Origin: Eledone cirrhosa
Lineage: Eukaryota
Direction of reading: 5' to 3'
Assembly (NCBI GenBank): GCA_964016885.1
Contig: OZ024754.1
Coordinates: 30,380,001-30,444,000 of the forward strand
DNA: 64,000 bases
The notes under the pieces are model-generated. The model made no database searches and was not told the origin of the DNA. It saw only the letters and a list, made by a program, of their open reading frames with translations. Positions 1 to 13,044 of the stretch are shown one piece after another. A program made the translations under genes and the position numbers. Within the stretch, counting starts at the first letter, position 1. Every line of letters starts with the position of its first letter.

Positions 1-1618
1 GTTTGGACGGGGGTAGTCCCACTTGAGGCAAGCTCGCATAGGACTGTCTGGCAGGTTTTCTACAGTTGGATGCCCTTCCTAACACCAACCACATTTACAG
101 TGTGGGTCTGGGAGGTTTTTACCGTGTTGCCTACACGGCCACATTACAGCGTGGACTGTGTGTTTTTTTGTCGTGACACCTACACGATCTCATTTGTTTC
201 GGCCTGGATGGCACGGCACCAACATAACTTTACATAGAACGGGGTGGTGTGGATGGGGTGGGGGTGGTGGCGGGACGGGGTGTATTTTGTTAGAGATGCC
301 TACTGGCAAGGCGGGTCTTCTCTGTTACTGAGTACCGCCAAAGGTCTCGGTCCAGTGACATTGTCTTGGAGAGGTGTAAGTGTGTGAGGTCGGAGTTTAT
401 CAGCTCATCCCATGTTTTTCTAGGTCTGCCTATTCCGTGGCTACCGTCTATCTTTATTGCCCTGCACTTTGTTATACAGCTATCGACTTTCATGCGCATC
501 ACGTGTCCATACCAACGCAGCCTTCTCTCGAGTAAACAACATCTGATCCCTCTTATCTCTAATTTTTTCCTTAGTTCGTTTATGCTTTGCCGTTCACGTA
601 TATTACTGTTACACATCCAGCGGAGCATGCAAGCTTCGTTCCTCTCTAGTCTGCGTATATCCTCTGCACACAATGCCCAGGTCTCACTGCCATGCAACAT
701 TGCTGTTCGTATGCAGGCATCGTACAACCTGCCTTTCTTTTTTAGGGAGAACCCTTTAGCAGCTAATAGTGGTATAAGCTCTCTGAACTTTTTCCAACCA
801 GTTCTGACTCTAGCTACAGTACTTTCAGAGCACCCTCCCCCACTGCTGATTTTATCGCCCAGGTAACGGAAGCTGTCCACTATTTCTATAGAACCCTCTG
901 CGCAATTGAAAGAGCTAGTATTTTGTGGGCACTTGCTGCTACTTATTGCACCAGAACACCGGCCACATGTAAAATCTATGTTCTTAGTTAGCTTACCTGT
1001 GATCCCACTACATCTTTTATGCACCCATACTTTGCATTTAGGACATAAAATGGAGTTTCTACCTACGCCTTTCCTACACACCGAGCACGACCATTTCCCA
1101 GAAGGGACCGCCGCCTTGTTTTCTTTCCTACAAACTAGAACTTCGGTCTTAGCCAGGTTAATTTTAAGTCCTTTTGACTCTAGGCCGTGCTTCCATGTTT
1201 GGAATTTCTTCTCTAGCTCGGCCATTGATTCCGCTATGAGTGTCAGGTCGTCTGCGTATAGGAGTTCCCATGGGCAGCCTGTCTTGAACTCCTCTGTTAT
1301 AGCCTGAAGGGCAATAATAAATAGTAGGGGGCTGAGAACAGAGCCCTGATGGACGCCAACTTTTACGCTAAACTCTTCACTATATTCGTTGTTAATTCTA
1401 ACCTTGCTGACTGTTTCTTTATACATGGCTTGTATAGCTCTCACAAGCCATTCGTCAACGCCTAGTTTTCTAAGAGCCCACCAGATAATGGAGCGGGGGA
1501 CTCTGTCGAAGGCTTTCTCCAGGTCGACAAAAGCTAAGTAGAGGGGTCTACCTTTAGCTAGGTACTTCTCCTGTAGTTGTCGTACTATGAAAAGGGCGTC
1601 TGTGGTGCTTTTGCCTGA
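1..1618 (-). mobile_element. RTE-clade LINE family A, 5'-truncated copy (RT C-terminal half + 3' UTR)
   Basis: ORF 290-1444 has RT motifs GVHQGSVLSP, LYADD, FRYLG and the RTE-type C-terminus RLRWYGHV..GRPRKTW; near-identical to 15050-16880; 5' break abuts a (TA)n tract at ~1619. Confidence 0.9.
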
Positions 1619-2019
1619 TATATATATATATATATATATGTATGTATATATATATGTATGTATATATATATATGTATATATATATATATGTATGTATATA
1701 TATTGTTATATTTGGAGAGGGTCATATTTGCGTAATATTGCCAGAATTAATAACAGAACACACTCACTGTTTGGTTGGTTTTCGCTTCTCGCTGTCTTTT
1801 ATATATATATATCTGCGATCTAACTTACTCGGTCCTCAATGTTGCCATTGACTGACCGGCGGTCAAAAATAATACAGATACAATATAGACAAACACATAT
1901 ATATGTAGTTTACATAATTTACATAAATCTTTCGTTGCACATCTGCAACATCGTCAGTGGTGTTATATTCATTGTTCCTCCTGTTGTGTTGTATGTCTAC
2001 GCCATTTTTTTTTTGTTCA

Positions 2020-5000
2020 GTCTGTCAGGGCATTCTTCTAGGAGAAGGCATCTCAGGAAACTGGGTTAACTCCGACATAAAACCTGCAGCTCAGTAGTTA
2101 CCGATGATGTTGATCTTTTCTTCTTTTCGGGTTAAAGCTACTGTCGCTCAGAGAGTGGGATTGGTTCAGTGCACAGTCTTTCCTCACTTTAAAAATATTC
2201 ATCACGCACAGGCATTGCACGAGTGCATTAATAATTATTAATAGTGTACTATTATTATTATTATTATTGTTACTATTATTATTACTTTTTTTTTTTTTTT
2301 TTTCCAATTCAATGATGTTCCAGAACAATATAAAAGAGATAATTGGCAATTTAGGTTCTGGAACAAAAAAGATAATTGGCAATAAGGGCAGGGGCCCCAG
2401 GTTATCACAGTCTGGGCCCGCTCGTCATCGTGCCATTGTAATAGAGCCAAACAAGGCATTTAGTCTTGGCTGCTGGAACGTACAGACGCTGCTTGACAGG
2501 GATTCCTTGGAGCATCCTGAACGAAGGACCGCTCTTGTTGCAAAGGAGCTTCGACGTTACGATCTTGACATCATGGCTTTATCTGAGACGAGGTTAATGG
2601 AGATGGTCATCTTACAGAATTTTGTGGAGAATATACATTCTTCTGGAAAGGAAGAGATGAAGGAACCAGAAGAGAGGCTGGGGTAGGATTTGCTGTTAAG
2701 ACTGTACTTGTGAATAAATTAGAAGAATTCCCAGTAGGGATTAGTGAGCGTCTTATGTCCATGAGAATTCCGCTGGACAAAGGAAGATATGCGACCCTGG
2801 TGAGTGTGTATGCTCCAACTATGAATTCTGACGATGAAGAAAAAGTGTCCCTTTACCATGCCTTGAAAGGTGTTTTAAGAAATATCCCTCAGGCAGACAA
2901 AGTCATTGTGTTTGGTGACTTTAATGCTAGAGTGGGTAGGGATTTTAACACATGGAATGTAATCGGAAGGCATGGGGTGGGAAAGTGTAACAACAATGGT
3001 ATGCTCCTGCTGCAGATGTGTGAGGAGCTGGATCTGTGTGTTACCAACACCATGTTCCAACAAAAGAACAAATTCAAGACCACATGGATGCATCCTGCAT
3101 CTAAGGAATGGCATCTTTTGGACTACGTCCTAGTCAGGATGCGTGACAGACGGGATGTGCAGTGTGTTCGTGCTCTTCGTGGAGCTGAGTGCTGGATGGA
3201 CCACCGCCTGGTACGCGCAAAAGTGAAACTAATCACTAAACGTAAAATCCGGGCTCCTGGTGTTGCCCTGCCCAAAAGATTGAATGCTGCTCGTCTTAAG
3301 GATAAGAATGTGAAGAGGACAATGGAAGAAGAGATGCAGGCTGCAGATCTTGGTGAGGATTGGCCGACCCTTAAAAAGTCGGTTTATGATGTAGGAAGGC
3401 GTGTTCTGGGATTGGTGCAGAGAAAACATCAGGATTGGTTTAATGAGAATAATGTACATATAGAAGACTTGTTGGCTGATAGGAGGCATGCTCTGTCACG
3501 CTACTTGACGGCAAAACCACAGGAGAGGAATACGTTGCATGAGGAACTCAATGATGTAAAATCACATGTTAGGCGGAGTCTTTCTCAGATGAAGGATCAG
3601 TAGTGGAGTGAGAAGGCTGGTGAGATACAAACTGCGTCAGATTCCAATAACACAAAGCTGTTGTACAGTCTCTTGCATGAGGTTTATGGACCGTCTTCTT
3701 CTCTGGTGACACCGCTTCGCAGCAAGGATGGCAAAGAACTTCTTCGTGAGTCACAAGGAATTCTACGAAGGTGGCGAGAGCACTTTGATGATCTTTTGAA
3801 TCAGCCATCTGTCGTCAGTGAAGATTTCCTCAATCTCATTCCAGAAATTACTGTGAAAGTAGCTCTCACAGAACCTCCGACGTTTGTGGTGGTTGCAGAG
3901 GCTATTTTGAAGCTGAACAGTGGAAGATCTCCAGGTATGGATGGCATACATGCTGAGCTCCTACAATATGGTGGTGAGAGACTCCTGCAACATCTTCACT
4001 CTTTGTTTGGCAGGATATGGGCTAATGAATCCGTACCTGAGGACTGGAGAGATGCAGTAATGGTGGTCTTGTACAAGGGAAAGGGTAACAGGAATGATTG
4101 TGGGAACTACAGAGGTATATCATTGCTTTCTGTCGTAGGGAAAGTTTTATGTAGGGTTCTTCTGGACCATCTGCTGACACACATTGCAGATTGTGTTCTT
4201 CCTGAAAGTCAATCTGGTTTTCGTGCTGGACACGGCACTACTGATATGATCTTCTCAGCTAGACAGCTCCAGGAGAAGTGCATGGAACAAGGCTTGGATC
4301 TGTATCAGGTTTTTGTCGATCTGACAAAAGCTTTCGATACTGTTAACAGAGATGCATTATGGAAGGTTCTCCAGAAACTTGGTTGCCCTAAGTTCCTTGC
4401 TTTAGTTAGGTCTTTCCATGATGACATGAAGGCTTGGGTTAATGTCGGAGGTAACATGTCGGAGCCTATCTCAGTAAAAAATGGAGTGAAACAGGGGGAT
4501 ATTCCAGCACCGACCCTGTTTGCCATATACTTTGCAATGGTTTTCTGTATTGCATTCAGGAATTGCGAGCATGGTGTTTACATCCGATATCGAACCTCAA
4601 GCAGCATATTTAACATCAGGTGCTTTGCTGCAAAGACAAAAGTATTTACATCAATCATACGAGACCTCTTGTATGCAGATGATTGCGATCTTATAGCGCA
4701 CACAGAGAGTGATATGCAGCACATTTTGAATGCATTTTCTGACACTTGCACTGCCCTAGGATTGACTGTCAGTCTCAAGAAAACCGTCGTCATGTACCAA
4801 CCTGCCTCTGGTAAGCAGTACACTGAACCAAACATCTATGTGTATGGTAAACGACTTGGAGTGGTTGATCAGTTTGTCTACCTGGGAAGCACTGTCAATC
4901 GATACGGCAACCTTGACAGTAAAATCTCACTTAGGATTAGGAAAGCAAGTGATGCTTTCGGAAAGCTAGAAAGGCGACTCTGGGGTCGGCGAGATATATG

Positions 5001-5860
5001 CAGGAGGACAAAGGTAAAGGTGTACAGGGCATGTGTGCTCTCTTGTCTTCTTTGTGCCTGCGAGACCTGGGTCACATATCGACACCACCTTAAGCAATTG
5101 GAGCATTTCCATCAGATGTGTCTCAGACGGATCCATGGCGTTCACTGGAGGGACCACATCAGTGATGTCGAGATTTTGGAAAGCTCTATGTGTGACAGTA
5201 TAGAAGCTCTTGTGCTTAAGCAACGACTCCGTTGGAGTGGTCACCTTGCCAGGATGAAGGATTCTAGAATACCAAAACAACTCTTCTATGGAGAGTTGGT
5301 TAAAGGAAAACGACCGCCGCATAAACCAAAAAAGAGGTATAAGGATTCCTTGAAAGCCTCAGTGAAAGACGCTAACATCTCTGCTGATATATGGGAAAAT
5401 ATTGCTGCTGATCGTAATAAATGGAGAAAGACTGTATATGAGGGAAAAGTTGCCTTTGAGGCATCTCGAATCGCATACGAGAAAGTAAAACGGGATGTGA
5501 GGAAGGGCATTGCTGTTGCACTTCCAGACGGTGAGGGTCCTCCTATGGTGCTGACATGCAGCGTCTGTGCGAGACTCTGCCTAAGCAAAGCTGGACTCGA
5601 AAGTCATCTTCGCAGTCATAAAGTAAGACCAGTGGTTGACTACCAGGCTGCTGTTGGAGATGCTATTCATCATGCTTGCCAAACATGTGGTAGAGAATGT
5701 AAATCAGCAGGAGAGCTCAAGCGACATGCAAAAGTACACAAACTCCAACCACAGCCGACTATTCCCAGTGAATGTTTTGGTTGCCGACTCTGTGCAAGAC
5801 ATTTTAGATCATTGGCTGGACTAAAAAGCCACATTCGATCGCAGCGCTGTTAGTTGCTAT
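2020..5860 (+). mobile_element. Near full-length RTE-clade (BovB-like) LINE family B, inactivated
   Basis: APE motifs (GCWNVQTL, ALSETRL, VYAPT, GDFNARVG, WHLLDYVL, DHRLV), RT (QSGFR, FVDLTKAFDTV, GVKQGD, LYADD, FVYLG), three C-terminal C2H2 fingers; frameshift near 2600 and in-frame TAG at 3601-3603; 5' boundary approximate. Confidence 0.9.
3661..5853 (+). pseudogene. Reverse transcriptase + 3x C2H2 zinc finger portion of the family B ORF
   Basis: 730-aa open frame with YADD; CSVC..H..SH, CQTC..H..VH, CRLC..H at the C-terminus. Confidence 0.85.
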
Positions 5861-6027
5861 CGTGTGTGTATGTGTGTATAGATATGTTTATGTGTGTGCC
5901 TGTATGTGTATATATATATGTATATGTATATTATTATTGTTGTTGTCGTTATTATTGTTGTTATTATTATTATTATTGTTATTAATGTATGTGCGTGTGT
6001 ATATATATATGTGTGTATATATGTATA

Positions 6028-6064
<37 letters not shown>

Positions 6065-6264
6065 TTCTTTTTTATTTTAATTTTACTTTTTATTTATTTA
6101 TAAATTTTTTTTTTCATCTCGTGCAATGGCCATACTCGATAACGAGGGGGCAGCCATCATGTATGTATGTATTAGGGCAGATTATGAATAAAATGAATCA
6201 TGAATTTACAACTGGCCTTTGCAATTATATTCCTCCTACTGTCGCTTTATTCAACAATATATAT

Positions 6265-6406
6265 ATCGGTCGCAACTCCAGGTAGAAGGAGCAACGTGAA
6301 ATAAAGTGTCTTGCTCAAGGACATAACGCATCGCCTGGTCCAGGAATCGAACTCACAACCTTACGATTGCGAATCCAATTCTCTAACCACTCAGCCACAC
6401 GCCTTC
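6265..6406 (-). mobile_element. tRNA-derived SINE (type 1), 3'-truncated
   Basis: Reverse complement has A box TGGCTGAGTGG, B box GTTCGATTCC and a CORE-like CCTTGAGCAAGACACTT segment. Confidence 0.8.
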
Positions 6407-6426
6407 ACTATATATATATATATATA

Positions 6427-7252
6427 TATACGTGAACGGCAAAGCATAAACGTAGTAATATACGTGAACGGCAAAGCATAAACGAACTAAAGAAAAAATT
6501 AGAAATAAGAGGGATCTGATGTTGTTTACTCGAGAGAAGGCTACGTTGGTATGGTCACATGATGCGCATGAAAGACGACAGCTGTATAACAAAGTGCAGG
6601 GCAATAAAGATAGATGGTAGCCACGGAGTAGGCAGACCCAGAAAAATCTGGGACGAGCTGATAAATTCCGACCTCACACACTTACACCTCTCCAAGACAA
6701 TGTCACTGGACCGAGACCTTTGGCGGTACTCAGTAATAGAGAAGACCCGCCTTACCTAAATACAAAGTAAAACCTACTACAGTCAGTAGGCATCTCTAAC
6801 AAAATACACCCCACCCCCCACCCCATCCACACCGCCCCTTTCAATGTAAAGTTATGTTGGTGCCACAACATCCAGGCCGAAACAAATGAGATCGTGTAGG
6901 TGTCACGACAAAAAACACACAGTCCACGCTGTAATGTGGCCGTGTAGGTAAAAACCTCCCAGTCCCACACTGTAAATGTGGTTGGTGTTAGGAAGGGCAT
7001 CCAGCTGTAGAAAACCCGCCAGACAGTCCACGCTGTAATGTGGCCGTGTAGGCAACACGGTAAAAACCTCCCAGCCCCACACTGTAAATGTGGTTGGTGT
7101 TAGGAAAGGCATCCAGCTGTAGAAAACCCGCCAGACAGTCCTATGCGAGCAAGACAACCACTCTTGCCTCAAGTGGGAAAACTCCCGTCCAAACCCATGC
7201 AAGCGTGGAACATGGACGTTAAACGATGATGATGATGATGATGATGATGATA
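6427..7252 (+). mobile_element. RTE family A 3' fragment with 3' UTR and (GAT)n tail
   Basis: Reverse complement of 15050-15870; encodes MRMKDDSCITKCRAIKIDG..GRPRK; tail GATGATGAT runs into (TA)n. Confidence 0.9.
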
Positions 7253-7264
7253 TATATATATATA

Positions 7265-7400
7265 TGTGGCTGAGTGGTTAGAGAATTGGATTCGCAATCG
7301 TAAGGTTGTGAGTTCGATTCCTGGACCAGGGGATGCGGTATGTCCTTGAGCAAGACACTTTATTTCACGTTGCTCCTTCTACCTGGAGTTGCGACCGATA
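7265..7400 (+). mobile_element. tRNA-derived SINE (type 1), 3'-truncated
   Basis: A and B boxes; inverted near-copy of 6265-6406. Confidence 0.8.
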
Positions 7401-7474
7401 GATAGTATTAGCAATTGGAAAGACCAACGGAAACATTGTTCCCTCGGTCCGATTTGACGAAAGTCGATCGTTCC

Positions 7475-7505
<31 letters not shown>

Positions 7506-7519
7506 ATGTGTGTGTGTAA

Positions 7520-7695
7520 TAATAATTGTTTCTACGTTTGGCACAAGGCCAGCAAATACCCAGTGCATTACTGGTACTTTATTTTATCGACTACATAAGG
7601 ATGAAAGGCAAAGTTAACCTCGGCGGGATTCGAACTCAGAATGGCAAGGGCCGTAACTCTATGCGTCAAAGCATGGCGTCCGACCCTACTGCCAA
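7520..7695 (-). mobile_element. tRNA-derived SINE (type 2)
   Basis: Matches the reverse complement of 23490-23675 (GCCTTTCATCC..GTCGATAAAATAAAGTACCAG..GGCCTTGTGCC). Confidence 0.75.
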
Positions 7696-9022
7696 TAATA
7701 AAGGTTTCTGATTCCCAAAGCAATGCCCTGAAGTAGGGTTTGCCAGCCTGGGTGATATCGCCTATCAGTGGGCGATGTCAACTGATGAGTGGACACTGAA
7801 CAGCAAATGGTGGGCGGTTAGAAATTTTAGTGAACGACATAGGACTTTGAGTATTAAGAATGTATTTCAACATATGCTACCTGAAAAAAATTTATATTCA
7901 AAGGAGATATTCAAAGAATGTGCATAAAAATAAAACAAAGCCTGGGGCTAAATAGGAATAACAAACTTTTACCAAACATTTTGGGTATGTTTTCGAATAT
8001 TTACTATAGGTGGGTGGTGGAAAATGTTTCCATGCGAAAGAGGACGATGACAAAAAAAAAATGGCTGGGAACCCCACCCTAGAGCTTACATGCACAACCA
8101 CAGCACACATAGATTAGCATTGGGCTCTGTTTATAATGTATACGTAAATCTACTGAGGGCGAAGGTAAACTTTTCGATTTCTAAAGTAGAAGTTAAGGAC
8201 CTTGTCCAAAATGTTAGAAACTCTCCTTCCAACAACATGCGAACTTAACAAGTTATTTTAGTATTTTGCTGGTTTCAGTCGTTTGACTGTTGCCATGCTG
8301 GGGCATCACCCTGAAAAGTTTTACTCAGTCATATCGTCATCAGTATTATTTATTCGCTTTTAAATTTGATACATACTTCTTCGATATTTTTATTGAACCG
8401 TTAGGTTATATACCTATATACAGACACAGGCGTAAATATAGTCATGGGAATACATACTCACACACACACGAATATACACACACACACAGGCATATACATA
8501 TACATACAAACGCACTCATATACACACAAGCGTACGTACACACACACACACATATATATATATGTGTGTGTGTGTGTATATATATATATGTGTGTGTATA
8601 TATATATATTATATATATATATATAATATATATATTATATATATATATATTATATATATATATAGAGAGAGAGATGTGTATATATGTAATTTTTTCTATA
8701 TTTTGATACTATCCAATTTAATGTTCCGTAAAATGGTGGTTTTATTTTATTCTATAAACGTGAAAGAAATTATAGACAATATAAAAACTCTCGTGAGGTT
8801 GTCGAACTAATCTGACTGAGGTTCGTTTCCAATAGGAAGTAGATTTATATATATACCAGTACTATATATATACACCCACATACGAAACTGACGTCATTGT
8901 ATACACAGCTGATTTGTCATAGCAATGAAAGATATGACACATACACATAGTACAAGTAACACATGGATAAACATAGGCACATGTTCACGTATACACATAG
9001 ACAAACGAAATGTATATACACG

Positions 9023-9101
<79 letters not shown>

Positions 9102-9217
9102 TGAAACAAAATGAAAACGAAATTTCATTTCTCACTCTTAGTATGGCACTTACTTAAATGTAAGTATGCATGTATACGTACATACATATATGTATACAGA
9201 CGTACAGTAGCATGCAC

Positions 9218-9252
<35 letters not shown>

Positions 9253-9408
9253 TATACATATGCATACAGGTACACATACATATATGCACGTATCAGTTTA
9301 GCGGCGCTAACGTCGCTTTGTTCGTTTGTAAACAAACTGAACAGCCTGAATTTATGCCATACGGTGTTAAGGCAACCACGTCACCTTTTTGTTCAACACT
9401 GACACAGG

Positions 9409-9453
9409 AACGATGTACTAGTTTCAAGCTTGTTAGCTATCATCAGCACCGTT
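9409..9453 (-). ncRNA. Minimal type I hammerhead ribozyme (unit 1; identical copies start at 9877, 10345, 10821, 11305, 11773, 12241, 12717, 13201, 13673, 14157, 14635)
   Basis: Minus strand: AACGGUG-CUGAUGA-U AGCU AACA AGCU U-GAAA-C UA G-UA/CAUCGUU; 7-bp stem I, 4-bp stem II, palindromic ACUAGU stem III, GUA cleavage triplet. Confidence 0.85.
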
Positions 9454-9526
9454 TACCCATCTGCCAGATAGTTGAACGTTCGAAAGTATATACTTTCCTT
9501 ATGAAAATTAACGGCTGAGCAGCCTA

Positions 9527-9534
9527 ATTTGCAT
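9527..9534 (-). promoter_or_regulatory. Octamer motif ATGCAAAT, present in every array unit
   Basis: Plus strand ATTTGCAT in each unit, ~74 bp upstream of the hammerhead on the minus strand; function inferred. Confidence 0.4.
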
Positions 9535-10629
9535 ATTGAGTGAGTTAAATCGGTTAGGCATACCGAAAACGATAAATTGAAACAAAATGAAAACGAAATT
9601 TCATTTCTCACTCTTAGTATGGCACTTACTTAAATGTAAGTATGCATGTATACGTACATACATATATGTATACAGACGTACAGTAGCATGCATATATATA
9701 TATATATATATACACATATATATACATATGCATACAGGTACACATACATATATGCACGTATCAGTTTAGCGGCGCTAACGTCGCTTTGTTCGTTTGTAAA
9801 CAAACTGAACAGCCTGAATTTATGCCATACGGTGTTAAGGCAACCACGTCACCTTTTTGTTCAACACTGACACAGGAACGATGTACTAGTTTCAAGCTTG
9901 TTAGCTATCATCAGCACCGTTTACCCATCTGCCAGATAGTTGAACGTTCGAAAGTATATACTTTCCTTATGAAAATTAACGGCTGAGCAGCCTAATTTGC
10001 ATATTGAGTGAGTTAAATCGGTTAGGCATACCGAAAACGATAAATTGAAACAAAATGAAAACGAAATTTCATTTCTCACTCTTAGTATGGCACTTACTTA
10101 AATGTAAGTATGCATGTATACGTACATACATATATGTATACAGACGTACAGTAGCATGCATATATATATATATATATATACACATATATATACATATGCA
10201 TACAGGTACACATACATATATGCACGTATCAGTTTAGCGGCGCTAACGTCGCTTTGTTCGTTTGTAAACAAACTGAACAGCCTGAATTTATGCCATACGG
10301 TGTTAAGGCAACCACGTCACCTTTTTGTTCAACACTGACACAGGAACGATGTACTAGTTTCAAGCTTGTTAGCTATCATCAGCACCGTTTACCCATCTGC
10401 CAGATAGTTGAACGTTCGAAAGTATATACTTTCCTTATGAAAATTAACGGCTGAGCAGCCTAATTTGCATATTGAGTGAGTTAAATCGGTTAGGCATACC
10501 GAAAACGATAAATTGAAACAAAATGAAAACGAAATTTCATTTCTCACTCTTAGTATGGCACTTACTTAAATGTAAGTATGCATGTATACGTACATACATA
10601 TATGTATACAGACGTACAGTAGCATGCAC

Positions 10630-10664
<35 letters not shown>

Positions 10665-11102
10665 TATACATATGCATACAGGTACACATACATATATGCA
10701 CGTATCAGTTTAGCGGCGCTAACGTCGCTTTGTTCGTTTGTAAACAAACTGAACAGCCTGAATTTATGCCATACGGTGTTAAGGCAACCACGTCACCTTT
10801 TTGTTCAACACTGACACAGGAACGATGTACTAGTTTCAAGCTTGTTAGCTATCATCAGCACCGTTTACCCATCTGCCAGATAGTTGAACGTTCGAAAGTA
10901 TATACTTTCCTTATGAAAATTAACGGCTGAGCAGCCTAATTTGCATATTGAGTGAGTTAAATCGGTTAGGCATACCGAAAACGATAAATTGAAACAAAAT
11001 GAAAACGAAATTTCATTTCTCACTCTTAGTATGGCACTTACTTAAATGTAAGTATGCATGTATACGTACATACATATATGTATACAGACGTACAGTAGCA
11101 TG

Positions 11103-11148
<46 letters not shown>

Positions 11149-12525
11149 TATACATATGCATACAGGTACACATACATATATGCACGTATCAGTTTAGCGG
11201 CGCTAACGTCGCTTTGTTCGTTTGTAAACAAACTGAACAGCCTGAATTTATGCCATACGGTGTTAAGGCAACCACGTCACCTTTTTGTTCAACACTGACA
11301 CAGGAACGATGTACTAGTTTCAAGCTTGTTAGCTATCATCAGCACCGTTTACCCATCTGCCAGATAGTTGAACGTTCGAAAGTATATACTTTCCTTATGA
11401 AAATTAACGGCTGAGCAGCCTAATTTGCATATTGAGTGAGTTAAATCGGTTAGGCATACCGAAAACGATAAATTGAAACAAAATGAAAACGAAATTTCAT
11501 TTCTCACTCTTAGTATGGCACTTACTTAAATGTAAGTATGCATGTATACGTACATACATATATGTATACAGACGTACAGTAGCATGCATATATATATATA
11601 TATATATACACATATATATACATATGCATACAGGTACACATACATATATGCACGTATCAGTTTAGCGGCGCTAACGTCGCTTTGTTCGTTTGTAAACAAA
11701 CTGAACAGCCTGAATTTATGCCATACGGTGTTAAGGCAACCACGTCACCTTTTTGTTCAACACTGACACAGGAACGATGTACTAGTTTCAAGCTTGTTAG
11801 CTATCATCAGCACCGTTTACCCATCTGCCAGATAGTTGAACGTTCGAAAGTATATACTTTCCTTATGAAAATTAACGGCTGAGCAGCCTAATTTGCATAT
11901 TGAGTGAGTTAAATCGGTTAGGCATACCGAAAACGATAAATTGAAACAAAATGAAAACGAAATTTCATTTCTCACTCTTAGTATGGCACTTACTTAAATG
12001 TAAGTATGCATGTATACGTACATACATATATGTATACAGACGTACAGTAGCATGCATATATATATATATATATATACACATATATATACATATGCATACA
12101 GGTACACATACATATATGCACGTATCAGTTTAGCGGCGCTAACGTCGCTTTGTTCGTTTGTAAACAAACTGAACAGCCTGAATTTATGCCATACGGTGTT
12201 AAGGCAACCACGTCACCTTTTTGTTCAACACTGACACAGGAACGATGTACTAGTTTCAAGCTTGTTAGCTATCATCAGCACCGTTTACCCATCTGCCAGA
12301 TAGTTGAACGTTCGAAAGTATATACTTTCCTTATGAAAATTAACGGCTGAGCAGCCTAATTTGCATATTGAGTGAGTTAAATCGGTTAGGCATACCGAAA
12401 ACGATAAATTGAAACAAAATGAAAACGAAATTTCATTTCTCACTCTTAGTATGGCACTTACTTAAATGTAAGTATGCATGTATACGTACATACATATATG
12501 TATACAGACGTACAGTAGCATGCAC

Positions 12526-12560
<35 letters not shown>

Positions 12561-12998
12561 TATACATATGCATACAGGTACACATACATATATGCACGTA
12601 TCAGTTTAGCGGCGCTAACGTCGCTTTGTTCGTTTGTAAACAAACTGAACAGCCTGAATTTATGCCATACGGTGTTAAGGCAACCACGTCACCTTTTTGT
12701 TCAACACTGACACAGGAACGATGTACTAGTTTCAAGCTTGTTAGCTATCATCAGCACCGTTTACCCATCTGCCAGATAGTTGAACGTTCGAAAGTATATA
12801 CTTTCCTTATGAAAATTAACGGCTGAGCAGCCTAATTTGCATATTGAGTGAGTTAAATCGGTTAGGCATACCGAAAACGATAAATTGAAACAAAATGAAA
12901 ACGAAATTTCATTTCTCACTCTTAGTATGGCACTTACTTAAATGTAAGTATGCATGTATACGTACATACATATATGTATACAGACGTACAGTAGCATG

Positions 12999-13044
<46 letters not shown>

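Noticed and set aside
7265-7330. tRNA gene
   Set aside because: No proper acceptor stem; continues into a SINE core and is multi-copy
7775-7840. CTGATGA...GAAA as a hammerhead (also CTGATGA near 23929 and 38924)
   Set aside because: No convincing stems II/III or UH site
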